Counted from the whole stretch's first letter, positions 18,786 to 28,992 are shown. The stretch is 63,469 bases of DNA, filler included, from Acidimicrobiia bacterium (GCA_041619515.1; 6 parts of 4 records of this genome joined end to end with filler, not necessarily neighbours in it), one strand, 5' to 3'. A program made the numbers and translations. The notes: generated by a model not told the origin, from the sequence alone.

Positions 18786-20423
18786 AGCGGGCTTCTTTCC
18801 GCCACCGCCCTGGTCGTCGTGTCCTACGCGGGGGTGACCAAGATCGCCAGCGTCGCCGAGGAGGTGAAGCGCCCCAGCCGCAACATTCCCCTCGGAATAC
18901 TCACGTCGGTGGGCCTCATGATGATCCTGTATCCGGTGATGGTCTACGTCATCGTCGGCGTGACACCCCTCGCCATCCTGGCGGGGAGCGAGGCCCCCGT
19001 CGCCGACGCCGCCGCCCGATTCATGAGCCCGGGCGGGGTCGATGTCATCGCCGTCACCGCCGCTTTGGCTCTGGCCGGGATGGCGAACGCAGCGCTGGTG
19101 GCCTCGTCCCGTTACCCGTTTGCGATGAGTCGAAACGCCCTCGCCCCGGCGTTCTTCCAGCGGGTCGGCCGCCGCGGCACCCCGGTGGGCTCGATCCTCC
19201 TCAGCGGGGTGACCATGATGGCTCTGATACTCTTCGTCCCCCTTCTCGACCTGGCCAAGCTCGCCAGCGCCGCCCACCTGCTGGTGTTCTCGCTCATCAG
19301 CGTCGCACTGACAGCTTTTCGAGAAAGCGGGCTCGACTGGTATCAACCCGATTTCAAGTCGCCGTTCTACCCCTGGGTACAGATCTTCGGAATCGTCGCT
19401 GCTCTCATCCTGCTCACCCAGATGGGACTGATACCGATCTTGGGCGTCGTCGGGATGACGGTCGGGGGGATTCTCTGGTATCGGGGCTTCGGGCAATCGC
19501 GTGCCATCAAGGACAGTGCGCTGCTCGATGCCCTGCGAATCCGCTCGACGGGCCGGCTCGTCTCGATGACCCGAGAGGCCATTTCCAAGGGTGGCCGAGC
19601 CCACGTGCTGATCCCCGTCTTGCGAAGCACGAGGAGAAGCCGCATGGACGACCTCATCCGCTTCGGGTCACTCTTCGCACAAGCCGACGGAGTCATCGAG
19701 GTGATCGAGTTCAATCAAGATCCTGAGGATGGACGACATCCGAAAGGCATCAACCGGCGCTTCGAGGAGCGCACCCGTGAGCTCGCCGCCCGCCTGGGGA
19801 CGGACGTGTTCGTCCGGGTGCTGCCCAGCAAGGACCCGGAGCAAGCGCTGCTCGCTTATGTCGAGGAGTTCGGAGTGGATCTCGTCGTCTCCGACCTGCC
19901 GCGTGAGGCCCGGGGCACCAGGCGGTTCATCCACGAGATGAAGGACGTGCGGGACCACCTGCCCTGCGATTCGGTCTTCCTCCGCAACCGCACCGTCGGC
20001 CGGGTGAACAATCTGGTGATCATGGGATCGGGCGGCCCCTTCGACGTGCTCAAGATCAGCCTGGCCGCCCGGATATCCGCTCGCGAAGGGTCGAGGCTCC
20101 GGTTCGTGCACGTGCTGGCGGAGGATGCCCGTGATCAGCAGGTGGAGTCTGTGGAGAGCTACCACCTCAGGCTGGAGAACCTTCTCGAAGCCGAGACCGA
20201 GAGCGCGGTCAGGCGTGCCGCCGACTTGATCGGTGAGATCTCCCAGATCGCCGCCGACGCCGACCTCGTAGTCATGGGCGCCCCCGCCCACCGGGTTCGC
20301 CTCTTTGGGGACCTGGCCGATCGCATCGCCGACGGGCTCGACATACCGGTGATGATGGTGCACACCAGCGATCACCCGAATCAGGCGTGGTACGAGAAAG
20401 CTCTCGAGCGTTTGATCTATTGA
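18786..20423 (+). CDS. APC-family amino acid permease with C-terminal tandem USP-like domains, 5'-truncated
   Basis: SYAGVTKIASVAEEVKRPSRNIP, SRYPFAMSR, FKSPFYP; two USP-like units (HVLIPV...DLVV; RFVHV...DLVVMGA). Confidence 0.85.
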   Translation, partial: SGLLSATALVVVSYAGVTKIASVAEEVKRPSRNIPLGILTSVGLMMILYPVMVYVIVGVTPLAILAGSEAPVADAAARFMSPGGVDVIAVTAALALAGMANAALVASSRYPFAMSRNALAPAFFQRVGRRGTPVGSILLSGVTMMALILFVPLLDLAKLASAAHLLVFSLISVALTAFRESGLDWYQPDFKSPFYPWVQIFGIVAALILLTQMGLIPILGVVGMTVGGILWYRGFGQSRAIKDSALLDALRIRSTGRLVSMTREAISKGGRAHVLIPVLRSTRRSRMDDLIRFGSLFAQADGVIEVIEFNQDPEDGRHPKGINRRFEERTRELAARLGTDVFVRVLPSKDPEQALLAYVEEFGVDLVVSDLPREARGTRRFIHEMKDVRDHLPCDSVFLRNRTVGRVNNLVIMGSGGPFDVLKISLAARISAREGSRLRFVHVLAEDARDQQVESVESYHLRLENLLEAETESAVRRAADLIGEISQIAADADLVVMGAPAHRVRLFGDLADRIADGLDIPVMMVHTSDHPNQAWYEKALERLIY

Positions 20424-20481
20424 CCGCTGATCGCCGGACTCCACCCACCGCCAACAAGGTCGGCCCGGTTAGCCTGCCCGG

Positions 20482-20550
20482 ATGAGCACGCCCTTCAACG
20501 AACCACCCGCCTGGGTTTCCGACGCCATCTTCTATCAGCGCGACGTTTGA
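20482..20550 (+). pseudogene. Truncated copy of the GH13 gene 5' end (22 aa MSTPFNEPPAWVSDAIFYQRDV)
   Basis: Shares 38 bp with the gene at 21172; own TAGCCT -10 six nt before ATG. Confidence 0.75.
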
Positions 20551-21228
20551 AGACCCGTCAATTCGCTTTCGGAGCAACCTCGCACCGGCACCGTCATGAG
20601 TTTGCACGAACCTCCGCAGCAGTGAGCATCCTCCTCGTGTAGGGTCCCACCCACGAGCGGTGACACCCGGGGACCGCCAGATAAGGAGGGTCTGAGTGGC
20701 CGACATCCAAGCTGTTGTGAGGCGTATTTACGGTGAGGTGTTCAGCCAAGGCAATGTCGGCCTGATCGATGAACTCATGCACGAAGACTTCGTTGAGCAC
20801 GAGGAACTTCCACCCGGGGTACCGCCGGGCCGCGAGGCACCGAAGGCAATGACCGCCATGATGCGAAGCGCCTTCCCCGACTTCCGTGCCGACGTCGAGG
20901 AGATGCTTCAGGACGGCGACAAGGTGATCGCGCGGGCACGCTTCTCCGGGACCCACCAGGGTGAGTTCATGGGCATTCCCGCAACGGGCAACAGGTTTGA
21001 CATCAACGTGATCGACATCCTCGAGTTCCAGGGAGACAAGGCAATCGCCCATTGGGGTCTCATGGACACCGCGAAGATGATGGAACAACTCGGATTCGGC
21101 GGCCCGCCCGGGTAGACCCTCCGAGGTCGATTGCGCGGAGCGGGCACACCATGCGGGTAGCCTGCTCCGCTATGACCACATCCTCTGACCAACCACCCGC
21201 CTGGGTTTCCGACGCCATCTTCTATCAG
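20501..21228 (+). repeat. 38-bp perfect direct repeat (20501-20538 and 21191-21228)
   Basis: AACCACCCGCCTGGGTTTCCGACGCCATCTTCTATCAG occurs twice, 690 bp apart. Confidence 0.95.
20696..21115 (+). CDS. SnoaL-like ester cyclase family protein
   Basis: RSAFPD, DGDKV, GTHQGEFMGIPATG, HWG; SD AAGGAGG before GTG. Confidence 0.9.
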   Translation: MADIQAVVRRIYGEVFSQGNVGLIDELMHEDFVEHEELPPGVPPGREAPKAMTAMMRSAFPDFRADVEEMLQDGDKVIARARFSGTHQGEFMGIPATGNRFDINVIDILEFQGDKAIAHWGLMDTAKMMEQLGFGGPPG

Positions 21229-22635
21229 ATCTTCCCCGACCGGTTCGACCGCTCCGACCGGCTCCCCAAGCCGCGCAACCTCGAACCGTGGGACGAGTAC
21301 CCGACGTTTCACGGCTACAAGGGCGGCGATCTCTACGGCGTCCTCGAACGGCTGGACTGGCTGACCGACCTGGGCGTGAACGCCATCTACTTCAACCCGA
21401 TCTTCCAGTCGGCCTCCAATCACCGCTATCACACGCACGACTTCTTCCAGGTCGACCCGCTCCTCGGCGGTGACACAGCGTTCGACGAGCTGCTGCGCGC
21501 GTGCCACTCGCGGGGCATTCGCGTAGTTCTCGATGGCGTGTTGAATCACGCCAGTCGCGGGTTCTTCCAGTTCAACGACCTGCTCGAGAGCGGGTCGGAC
21601 TCACCGTGGATCGACTGGTGGCACGTCGACCGCTTCCCGCTGGAGGCTTACAACCATGAGCAGCCCGCCGCCTACGGCGCCTGGTGGGGCCTGCACGCCC
21701 TTCCCAAGTTCAACACCGAAAACCCCGAGGTCCGCGAATACCTGATGCGGGTGGCCGAGTACTGGATCGAACGTGGCATAGACGGGTGGCGGCTCGATGT
21801 GCCCGAGGAGATTCAGACGACAGGCTTCTGGGAGGAGTTTCGCAGCCGGGTCCGGGCGATCAACCCGGACGCCTACCTGGTGGGAGAGATCTGGGGAGAT
21901 GCCAGCGGCTGGACGAGCGGCGACCGCTTCGACGGCACCATGAACTACCTGCTCACCGGGCATATCTTCCGCTATGTCGGCGGGCACCGGGTGGTCGACG
22001 ACGTCGTCGAAGGCATCACCTACGAAGTCCGCCCTCCCCAGGACGCGGGCGGATTTGCCGATGGTGTGGATCACCTGTACGGCCTGTACGGGTCGGATCG
22101 CATGCAGGGCAACCTCAACCTGCTCGGCTCCCACGACACCCCCCGGGTCATGACCGTCTTCGGGGGCGATACCCGGTCCGTGGTTCTCTCCACCCTCCTG
22201 CAGTTCACGTTCGCAGGGGCGCCGTCGGTCTACTACGGCGACGAAATCGGCCTGGAGGGGGCGCGCGACCCGGACTGCCGCCGCGCCTTTCCCTGGGAGC
22301 ACGAGCAGTCGTGGAACCAGGAGGTGTTCGAGGCCACCCGGTCGCTCATCGCCCTGCGCAAGTCATGCCCCGCCTTGCGGACCGGGGAGTACCGGCGCCT
22401 CTGGCCCCTCCCCGGCAATTACCGGATCGGCCTCTATGTGTTTGAGCGAACGCTCGACGGCGAGCACATCGTCGTTGCCATCAACAGCGGCGACAAGGCC
22501 GAGTCGGCCGAGGTGCCGGGAATTGTCGGCCGGGAGTTCCAGACGCTGTGGGGCTCGGGGGGCATCAGCGACGACGGTGAGTCGGTCGGCATCGCCTTGA
22601 AGGCCCGCAGCGGCGCGGTGTGGCGGGTGGCCTGA
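21172..22635 (+). CDS. GH13 neopullulanase/cyclomaltodextrinase-type glycosidase
   Basis: FYQIFPDRF, GGDLYG, DGVLNH, GWRLDV, GEIW, GSHD, YYGDE. Confidence 0.93.
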   Translation: MTTSSDQPPAWVSDAIFYQIFPDRFDRSDRLPKPRNLEPWDEYPTFHGYKGGDLYGVLERLDWLTDLGVNAIYFNPIFQSASNHRYHTHDFFQVDPLLGGDTAFDELLRACHSRGIRVVLDGVLNHASRGFFQFNDLLESGSDSPWIDWWHVDRFPLEAYNHEQPAAYGAWWGLHALPKFNTENPEVREYLMRVAEYWIERGIDGWRLDVPEEIQTTGFWEEFRSRVRAINPDAYLVGEIWGDASGWTSGDRFDGTMNYLLTGHIFRYVGGHRVVDDVVEGITYEVRPPQDAGGFADGVDHLYGLYGSDRMQGNLNLLGSHDTPRVMTVFGGDTRSVVLSTLLQFTFAGAPSVYYGDEIGLEGARDPDCRRAFPWEHEQSWNQEVFEATRSLIALRKSCPALRTGEYRRLWPLPGNYRIGLYVFERTLDGEHIVVAINSGDKAESAEVPGIVGREFQTLWGSGGISDDGESVGIALKARSGAVWRVA

Positions 22636-22669
22636 CACACCCACCGCCGCCCATCGCCCGCGCGGACGC

Positions 22670-23458
22670 TCAGGCGAGCAATTCCTTGACGGCTGCCTGG
22701 ATACCCGGGGGAACCGCGATGAGGCCGGGGATGAGGGGATCCCGGTTGTTGAACGTGGTGGTCGAGCCGTCCGGGTACATGACCTTGCCCCCGGCGGCAA
22801 TCACCAGCGCGGTCCCGGCGGCAACGTCCCATTCGTTCTTCGGGGTGAGCGTCCAGGTGGCGTCGGCCAGGCCGGCGGCGACCAGGGCCATCTTGTAGGC
22901 GACCGAGCCCATCGGGCGCACCACGATCGGCCCGTCCCGGAACTGATCCCATTCGCCTCGCCGCACCTCGCTGCGGCTGGCGAGCACTTCGGCGCCTGCA
23001 AGGCGATCGACCGGCCGGACGGCGGCCGGGGCGCCGTTCAGGGTGACCCCCGTCTCGAGAGATCCGACCACCCGCTGGTCCATCACCAGGTTGGCGATGC
23101 CGCCCGCCACCGCCACGCCGTCCTCGACGAGACCGATCGACACGCACCACTCCGGTATCCCTTCCACGAACTCACGGGTCCCGTCGAGAGGGTCGACCAC
23201 CCAGACCCGGCGAGACTCCAGACGCTCGGCATTGTCGACCGTCTCCTCCGAAAGCCACCCGTCGCCGGGCTCGGGCAAGGCTGCCCGGAGCAGCTCATCC
23301 ACCTTCTCGTCCGCCTCGGTGACCGGGTCTCCGCCGCTCTTGCGGGTGGCGTCGATGAATCCGGGGGTGTAGTCGGCCAGCACCGCAGAAGCAGCCGTCA
23401 GGGCATCTTCGATGCGTTTCAGATCGCGAAGCCGATCCATGTCTCTCCTCATGCTCAC
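22670..23458 (-). CDS. Inositol monophosphatase/CysQ family protein
   Basis: PVTEAD, LSEE, VDPLDGTREF, EWDVAAG; TACTGT -10 six nt before GTG. Confidence 0.9.
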   Translation of the reverse strand: MSMRRDMDRLRDLKRIEDALTAASAVLADYTPGFIDATRKSGGDPVTEADEKVDELLRAALPEPGDGWLSEETVDNAERLESRRVWVVDPLDGTREFVEGIPEWCVSIGLVEDGVAVAGGIANLVMDQRVVGSLETGVTLNGAPAAVRPVDRLAGAEVLASRSEVRRGEWDQFRDGPIVVRPMGSVAYKMALVAAGLADATWTLTPKNEWDVAAGTALVIAAGGKVMYPDGSTTTFNNRDPLIPGLIAVPPGIQAAVKELLA

Positions 23459-23505
23459 GTGTTCACAGTACGCGCTTGTGGTCCGATGTCGAACCGGGGT
23501 GGGCG

Positions 23506-24867
23506 CTACGCCTGCCCGGCCAGGCGCTGATAGACCTCAAGGTAGCGGCGGGCAGAGGGATCCCATCCCCAATCGGTGGTCATGCCCACCCGCTGAAGTT
23601 CGGCCCAGCGGGCCGGCTGGTCCCGGAACACTCTCATCGCCCGCTCCACCGTGGCGGCCAGCGCCTCCGGCTCGTACTCGTCGAACCCGAAGCCGTTGGC
23701 TGCCTCAGGGTCGGCGTCGGCGTCGACGACGGTGGCCGCGAGTCCTCCTGTGAAGCGAACCACCGGAGGGGCCCCGTACCGCATCGAATACAGGTTGCCG
23801 AGGCCGCCCGGCTCGAATTTCGAAGGCATCAGGTACGAGTCGCTCCCGGCCCACACCAGCCGAGCGAGCGGCTCGCTGTAGGGGGCGTGCCAGACGGACC
23901 CTGGGTGAGCTTCGACCCAGCCGTCGACCATGTCATCCTGATCGCCGTTACCGACTGCAGCGAGCCGGAAACCGGCGCCGACCAGCCGATCGATCACGGG
24001 ATCGAGGATCTCGAGGCCCTTCTGGCCGGTCATGCGTCCGACCATCCCGAACAGGACGCCGCTGGCGTCGAGACCGGTGCGGGTGATCAACGCCTCCCGG
24101 GCGGCTGAACGGCCCGACATATCGCCGGGACCGTACCGCTGTGGAATGGCATCGTCGGTCAGCGGGTCGAATCGCCTCACCTCGATGCCGTTGAGAATGC
24201 CGACGACCGGGCTGGGCAAGGCGGCCAGGAACTCGTTGAGACCGGAGGACACCTCCGGATCCTCGGCGATCTGGCGGGCGTAGGCGGGGCTCACTGCCGT
24301 CACCTGGTCGGCGGCGAGAATTCCCGCTTTCAAGAAGTTGGCGCTTCCGAACCATTCGAACAACTCGGCGGCGCCCTCGGCACCCGCAAACATGCCGGCC
24401 ACCTCGTCAACCGGGCCTGCCACCGAATACGCGGCGTTATGCAGAGTGAGGACGGTGGGCGCGGAGCTGAGCAGGGCCGTCGGTGCCGCCTGCGCATCGT
24501 GCAGGTGCACGACGTCGAACTGCCCGCTGAGGGCCCCCGCCACCTGACAGAAGCGGCCCCACCGGCGCCACTCGTCTGGATAGGCGGTGCCCGGCTCGGG
24601 CCCGTAGATGCCGGGACGGTCGAAGGACTCGGGATCGTCGGCCAGCAGAACTCGCACGCCGGCGTCCCGCTCTTCGTACAGGGCTCGGGCGGGGCCGACA
24701 CCCGGGTGGGCCCGGCCGAAACCGTGCAGGAACTGGTAGCGGGGGATGAGGACCGTTACGTTCAGGTGCAGCCGGTCGAGGGCGTGGGCGATCCCGGAGA
24801 TGGCGTCGCCCAGCCCTCCGGAGCTGGCAAACGGTGCCATCTCGGCAACGGCCATGAGAACGTTCAC
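23506..24867 (-). CDS. glgA: Glycogen synthase (GT5)
   Basis: AEMAPFASSGGLGD, HLHD, TLHN, GILNG, GRMTGQKG, PSKFEPGGL. Confidence 0.88.
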   Translation of the reverse strand: MNVLMAVAEMAPFASSGGLGDAISGIAHALDRLHLNVTVLIPRYQFLHGFGRAHPGVGPARALYEERDAGVRVLLADDPESFDRPGIYGPEPGTAYPDEWRRWGRFCQVAGALSGQFDVVHLHDAQAAPTALLSSAPTVLTLHNAAYSVAGPVDEVAGMFAGAEGAAELFEWFGSANFLKAGILAADQVTAVSPAYARQIAEDPEVSSGLNEFLAALPSPVVGILNGIEVRRFDPLTDDAIPQRYGPGDMSGRSAAREALITRTGLDASGVLFGMVGRMTGQKGLEILDPVIDRLVGAGFRLAAVGNGDQDDMVDGWVEAHPGSVWHAPYSEPLARLVWAGSDSYLMPSKFEPGGLGNLYSMRYGAPPVVRFTGGLAATVVDADADPEAANGFGFDEYEPEALAATVERAMRVFRDQPARWAELQRVGMTTDWGWDPSARRYLEVYQRLAGQA

Positions 24868-25060
24868 GGTGTTGGGCTCCTCGGCGTCGCCGGCTGTGTG
24901 GCAGAGACGTTAGGCGCAAACGCAGCCGGACCGGGGCCGCAATAGGGCCGAAAGCCGGGTGGGCAGAAGGGCGGGATGTTGATAACCTTCCGGCCGTAAC
25001 TCCCCACTTCGGGACTCCGCACGATCTGTGCGGCCATGATTCAACAACAGGAGTCATTCA

Positions 25061-26392
25061 ATGTTCACTCGATGGAAGCTGATCACGGCCGTGTTCGCCG
25101 TGCTGGCTCTCGTCGCCGCGGCATGCGGCGGCGACGACACCGTCAGCGAAACCACTGCGACACCGACCACCCAGGCAACGACGACGACCGTTGCGGCGGC
25201 CACTACCACGACGACAGAAGCCGTCGGAGACACAACCACCACCACCGCCCCGCCGGTGGTGCGGGCCGACGCCGACCTGGTCATCTGGGCCGACGACACC
25301 CGGACGCCGGTCATTCGACCGCTGGCCGAGGAGTTCGCGGCCGCTGAGGGCCTGACCGTGGCGGTGCAGGAGCTGGGTTTCGGTGACATCCGCGGCCGCC
25401 TCGTCACTGCCGACCCTGCCGGTGAAGGCCCCGACATCATCATCGGTGCCCACGACTGGCTGGGCGAGCTCGTCACGAGCGGGGTGGTGGCGCCGATCGA
25501 CCTCTCGAGCGTTGCCGACCAGTTCACCGACGTAGCCATCAGTGCCTTCACCTACGAGGGCAAGACCTACGGCCTGCCCTATGCGATCGAGAACATCGCG
25601 CTCATCCGCAATGCCGACCTGGTTCCCGAGTCGCCGGCGACGTTCGAGGAGCTCGAGACCATCGCCCTCGGCCTGGTCGAGGATGGCACGGTCAGTGTTC
25701 CGCTGGCACTGCAGGAGAACGGCAACGGTGACCCGTTCCACAACTACCCGCTGGTGACCGCCCTCGGCGGCTACGTGTTCGGCTCTCCCGAGACCGGTTA
25801 CGACCCCACCGACCTGGGCATCGACAGCCCCGGTGGTTTGGCGGCCGCCCGGGCCTTCGGTGAGTGGGCCGAGAGCGGCCTCATCAACGTCGACGTCACG
25901 TACGACGTGATGATCGAGTCGTTCTCCACCGGTCAGGCCCCGTTTGCCATCACCGGCCCATGGGCAGTCGGCAGCTTCAGCGACGTGAACTACGTCGTGG
26001 AGCCGATCCCGCCGGTGCAGGGCGGCACTCCCCGCCCGTTCATCGGAGTGCAGGGCTTCATGGTGGCGGCCAGCGCCCAGAACCCGCTCATCGCCGAGGC
26101 GTTCCTGCTCGACGTGATGTCGGGAGTGGACGCTCAGGTGGCGCTGTTCGAGGCCGGCAACCGCCCGCCCGCCAATGCGGCCGCATTCGCCCAGGTGTCG
26201 GACGATCCCGATATTCAGGGCTTCGGCCTCTCGGGTGCCGAAGGCCTTCCGATGCCGGCCATCCCTGCCATGAACTCGGTTTGGAGCGCCTGGACGGACG
26301 CCTACCAGCTGATCTTGACCGGTACCGCCGATCCGGAGCAAGCGTTCATGGATGCGGCAACGCAGATTCGCAACCTCATCGCCAGCGGGTAG
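25061..26392 (+). CDS. malE: Maltose/maltodextrin ABC substrate-binding lipoprotein
   Basis: Lipobox VAAAC, Thr-rich linker, GPDIIIGAHDWLG, ITGPW, MPAIPAMNSVW. Confidence 0.9.
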   Translation: MFTRWKLITAVFAVLALVAAACGGDDTVSETTATPTTQATTTTVAAATTTTTEAVGDTTTTTAPPVVRADADLVIWADDTRTPVIRPLAEEFAAAEGLTVAVQELGFGDIRGRLVTADPAGEGPDIIIGAHDWLGELVTSGVVAPIDLSSVADQFTDVAISAFTYEGKTYGLPYAIENIALIRNADLVPESPATFEELETIALGLVEDGTVSVPLALQENGNGDPFHNYPLVTALGGYVFGSPETGYDPTDLGIDSPGGLAAARAFGEWAESGLINVDVTYDVMIESFSTGQAPFAITGPWAVGSFSDVNYVVEPIPPVQGGTPRPFIGVQGFMVAASAQNPLIAEAFLLDVMSGVDAQVALFEAGNRPPANAAAFAQVSDDPDIQGFGLSGAEGLPMPAIPAMNSVWSAWTDAYQLILTGTADPEQAFMDAATQIRNLIASG

Positions 26393-26413
26393 GTGAACAG
26401 CTAGATTCGCCCC

Positions 26414-28009
26414 ATGACGGGGACGAAGGTTCGCGAAGAGACCCGGCGGGATTCGTCCCGCCGGGTCTCTTTTGGTCTTGGTTTCGGCGCCAAGCTCCTC
26501 TTCCTGGCGGCGGTGAACGGCCTCGCCGTCTTCGGGCTGCCGCGCATGATCGGGGAGCGGGCCTGGTTGTTCGCAGCCTTCACGCTCATCGCCACACTCG
26601 TCATCGACTACGTCTACCTGTCGAGCCGGGGCGCGACGCTGCCGCTCAAGTACCTGCTTCCCGGCACGGTGCTGCTGCTGGTGTTCCAGGTGTGGCCGGT
26701 GTTGAGCACGGCCTACATCGCCTTCACGAACCTCGGCACCGGGAACATCCAGACCTTCGATCGGGCCCTCGACATCATCCTCGAGAACTCGACCTTCCCG
26801 ACCGAGAATGATCCCCGGCTCGACGCTCGACCACTGGGAATCCTCGAAGGCGAGGCCATCACCGGGATCGCCCTCTACCTGGTGGACGAGGATGGGACAC
26901 AGTTTCTCGGCACGGCCGATGGCCTCGAGGAGCTGGCGGCCGACGACATCGTGCTCGACGGGGAGCGGGTGGTCGCCGTCAAGGAATACGAGGTACTCGG
27001 CCTGGCGCAGGTGAGCCCCATCCAGGAGGACTTCACGAGGCTCGAGATCCCTGCCGGAGACAACCAGCTCATCAAGCTGACCCGGGGCGTGACCGGGGCC
27101 TCGCTCGTATCGCCCAGCCTCGCCTACGACTCCGACACCGGGACATTGACCGATACCACCACCGGAGTGGTCTACACCCAGGTGGAAGGCAACTTCGTGT
27201 CCCCCACCGGCGAGGTCATCACGCCCGGCTGGCGCGCCTTCATCGGATTCGACAACTTCACCAGGGTGTTCACCAACGATGCCATCCGCGGGCCGTTCAT
27301 CCGGGTCTTCCTTTGGACGTTCGCCTTCGCCATCGGCTCGGTTGTGCTCACCTTCGCCGTCGGGCTCGGCCTCGCCATCACGCTCAACCACCCCGACATG
27401 CGAGGCCAGCGCATCTACCGGTCGCTGATGGTCATTCCCTACGCGTTGCCGAGCTTCCTCTCCGCCCTCATCTGGCAGGGCTTGCTCAACCAGGAATTCG
27501 GAATCATCAACGAGTTCCTCAACCTCAACGTCGACTGGCTGCGCGATCCGTGGATGGCAAAGGTGTCGGTACTGCTGGTCAATACCTGGCTCGGGTTCCC
27601 CTACATGTTCCTGATCTCGACCGGGGCGCTGCAGGCCATCCCCGACAATCTCAAGGAAGCCGCCGCCATCGACGGTGCCACCAGCCGGCAGGCATTTCGC
27701 AGGGTCACCTTCCCGCTGCTCATGGTCGCCCTCGCCCCCCTGCTGATCGCCTCGTTCGCATTCAACTTCAACAACTTCAACGTCATCTTCCTGCTCACCG
27801 GCGGAGGGCCGCCCATCGCCGGAGCGCAAACGCCCGCCGGACACACCGACATCCTCATCAGCTACACGTATCGACTGGCGTTCGAGGCCGGCCGGGGCTC
27901 GGACTTCGGCCTCGCCGCCGGCATCGGGATTCTCATCTTCACGATCGTGGCCACCATCTCGGCTTTGACCTTCAAACGGACACGTGTCTTCGAGGAGCTC
28001 AACGAATGA
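26414..28009 (+). CDS. malF: Maltodextrin ABC permease (MalF-like, large extracytoplasmic loop)
   Basis: YIAFTN, WLGFPYMF, EAAAIDGA, FNFNNF, TDILIS. Confidence 0.9.
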   Translation: MTGTKVREETRRDSSRRVSFGLGFGAKLLFLAAVNGLAVFGLPRMIGERAWLFAAFTLIATLVIDYVYLSSRGATLPLKYLLPGTVLLLVFQVWPVLSTAYIAFTNLGTGNIQTFDRALDIILENSTFPTENDPRLDARPLGILEGEAITGIALYLVDEDGTQFLGTADGLEELAADDIVLDGERVVAVKEYEVLGLAQVSPIQEDFTRLEIPAGDNQLIKLTRGVTGASLVSPSLAYDSDTGTLTDTTTGVVYTQVEGNFVSPTGEVITPGWRAFIGFDNFTRVFTNDAIRGPFIRVFLWTFAFAIGSVVLTFAVGLGLAITLNHPDMRGQRIYRSLMVIPYALPSFLSALIWQGLLNQEFGIINEFLNLNVDWLRDPWMAKVSVLLVNTWLGFPYMFLISTGALQAIPDNLKEAAAIDGATSRQAFRRVTFPLLMVALAPLLIASFAFNFNNFNVIFLLTGGGPPIAGAQTPAGHTDILISYTYRLAFEAGRGSDFGLAAGIGILIFTIVATISALTFKRTRVFEELNE

Positions 28010-28992
28010 CTGCCGCCGACGAATCCATGGCCATGCCGGCCGGCCGCGTGGCGGAGGCGGAGCCGAAGGTGGCGACGCTGAACAAGCGACCCTTCAGCCG
28101 TTGGTACCGCGAGCTGGGCTGGCGCCACCTGGTAGGCATCGCCGCCATCCTGTTCGCAGTCTTCCCGGTGGTGTGGATCGTCTCGGCCTCGGTCAATCCG
28201 TCCGGGAGCCTCGTCGGACAGAAGATCTGGCCCGACAACCCGACGCTCGACAACTTCCGTGAGCTGCTCGACCAGAACTTCGAACGGGCGGGGGTGGACA
28301 TCGGCTCACAAGGTGAGACCAAGATTCCCTACACGAGCTGGTATCGCAACACCATGCTGGTGGCGGGAGCGGCCGCCATCGGCCAGACCTTCTTGTCGGC
28401 GCTGGCCGCTTACGCCTTCTCCCGGCTCCGGTTCGTCGGGCGGCGCATCGGCTTGCTCACCGTGCTGCTGGTCCAGATGTTTCCCCAGCTCCTCGCCTTC
28501 ACCGCCATCTTCGTGCTCGTGACCGACATGAAGGACATCTTCCCTGCGGTGGGCCTCGGAACCCTGGCCGGATTGATCCTCGTGTACCTCGGAGGTGCGC
28601 TCGGAGTCAACACCTGGCTCATGAAAGGGTTCTTCGACACGATCCCCAAGGACCTCGATGAAGCCGCCAAAGTGGACGGCGCCTCGCCAAATCAGATCTT
28701 CTTCCAGGTCGTCCTGCCGCTGGCGGCGCCCATCCTCGCCGTCATCGCCCTCCTGTCCTTCATATTCACGATCAACGACTTCGTGATCGCCTCTGCGGTG
28801 CTCGGCCAGGGGGACTCGGAGAGTTTCACACTCGCCATCGGGCTCAACGGTTTCCTGGGCGACGCCTTCGCCAAGCGTTGGGGCGTCTTTGCCGCCGGCT
28901 CGGTGCTGGCCGCCATCCCGGTCATCACGATCTTCCTGTTCCTGCAGCGGTTCATCGTGAGCGGGCTCACCCAGGGCGGGGTCAAGGGGTAG
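28006..28992 (+). CDS. malG: Maltodextrin ABC permease (MalG-like)
   Basis: ATGA overlap with malF; QMFP, KGFFDTIP, DEAAKVDGA, GLTQGGVKG. Confidence 0.9.
   Translation: MTAADESMAMPAGRVAEAEPKVATLNKRPFSRWYRELGWRHLVGIAAILFAVFPVVWIVSASVNPSGSLVGQKIWPDNPTLDNFRELLDQNFERAGVDIGSQGETKIPYTSWYRNTMLVAGAAAIGQTFLSALAAYAFSRLRFVGRRIGLLTVLLVQMFPQLLAFTAIFVLVTDMKDIFPAVGLGTLAGLILVYLGGALGVNTWLMKGFFDTIPKDLDEAAKVDGASPNQIFFQVVLPLAAPILAVIALLSFIFTINDFVIASAVLGQGDSESFTLAIGLNGFLGDAFAKRWGVFAAGSVLAAIPVITIFLFLQRFIVSGLTQGGVKG

Noticed and set aside
24868..25060. LacI/MalR operator upstream of malE
   Set aside because: Only partial matches (e.g. GCAAACGC); no convincing palindrome.
25058..27844. 928-aa minus-strand ORF and similar long antisense ORFs (2944-4905, 32041-34023, 51161-52711)
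   Set aside because: Shadow frames of well-supported high-GC genes; no recognisable motifs.
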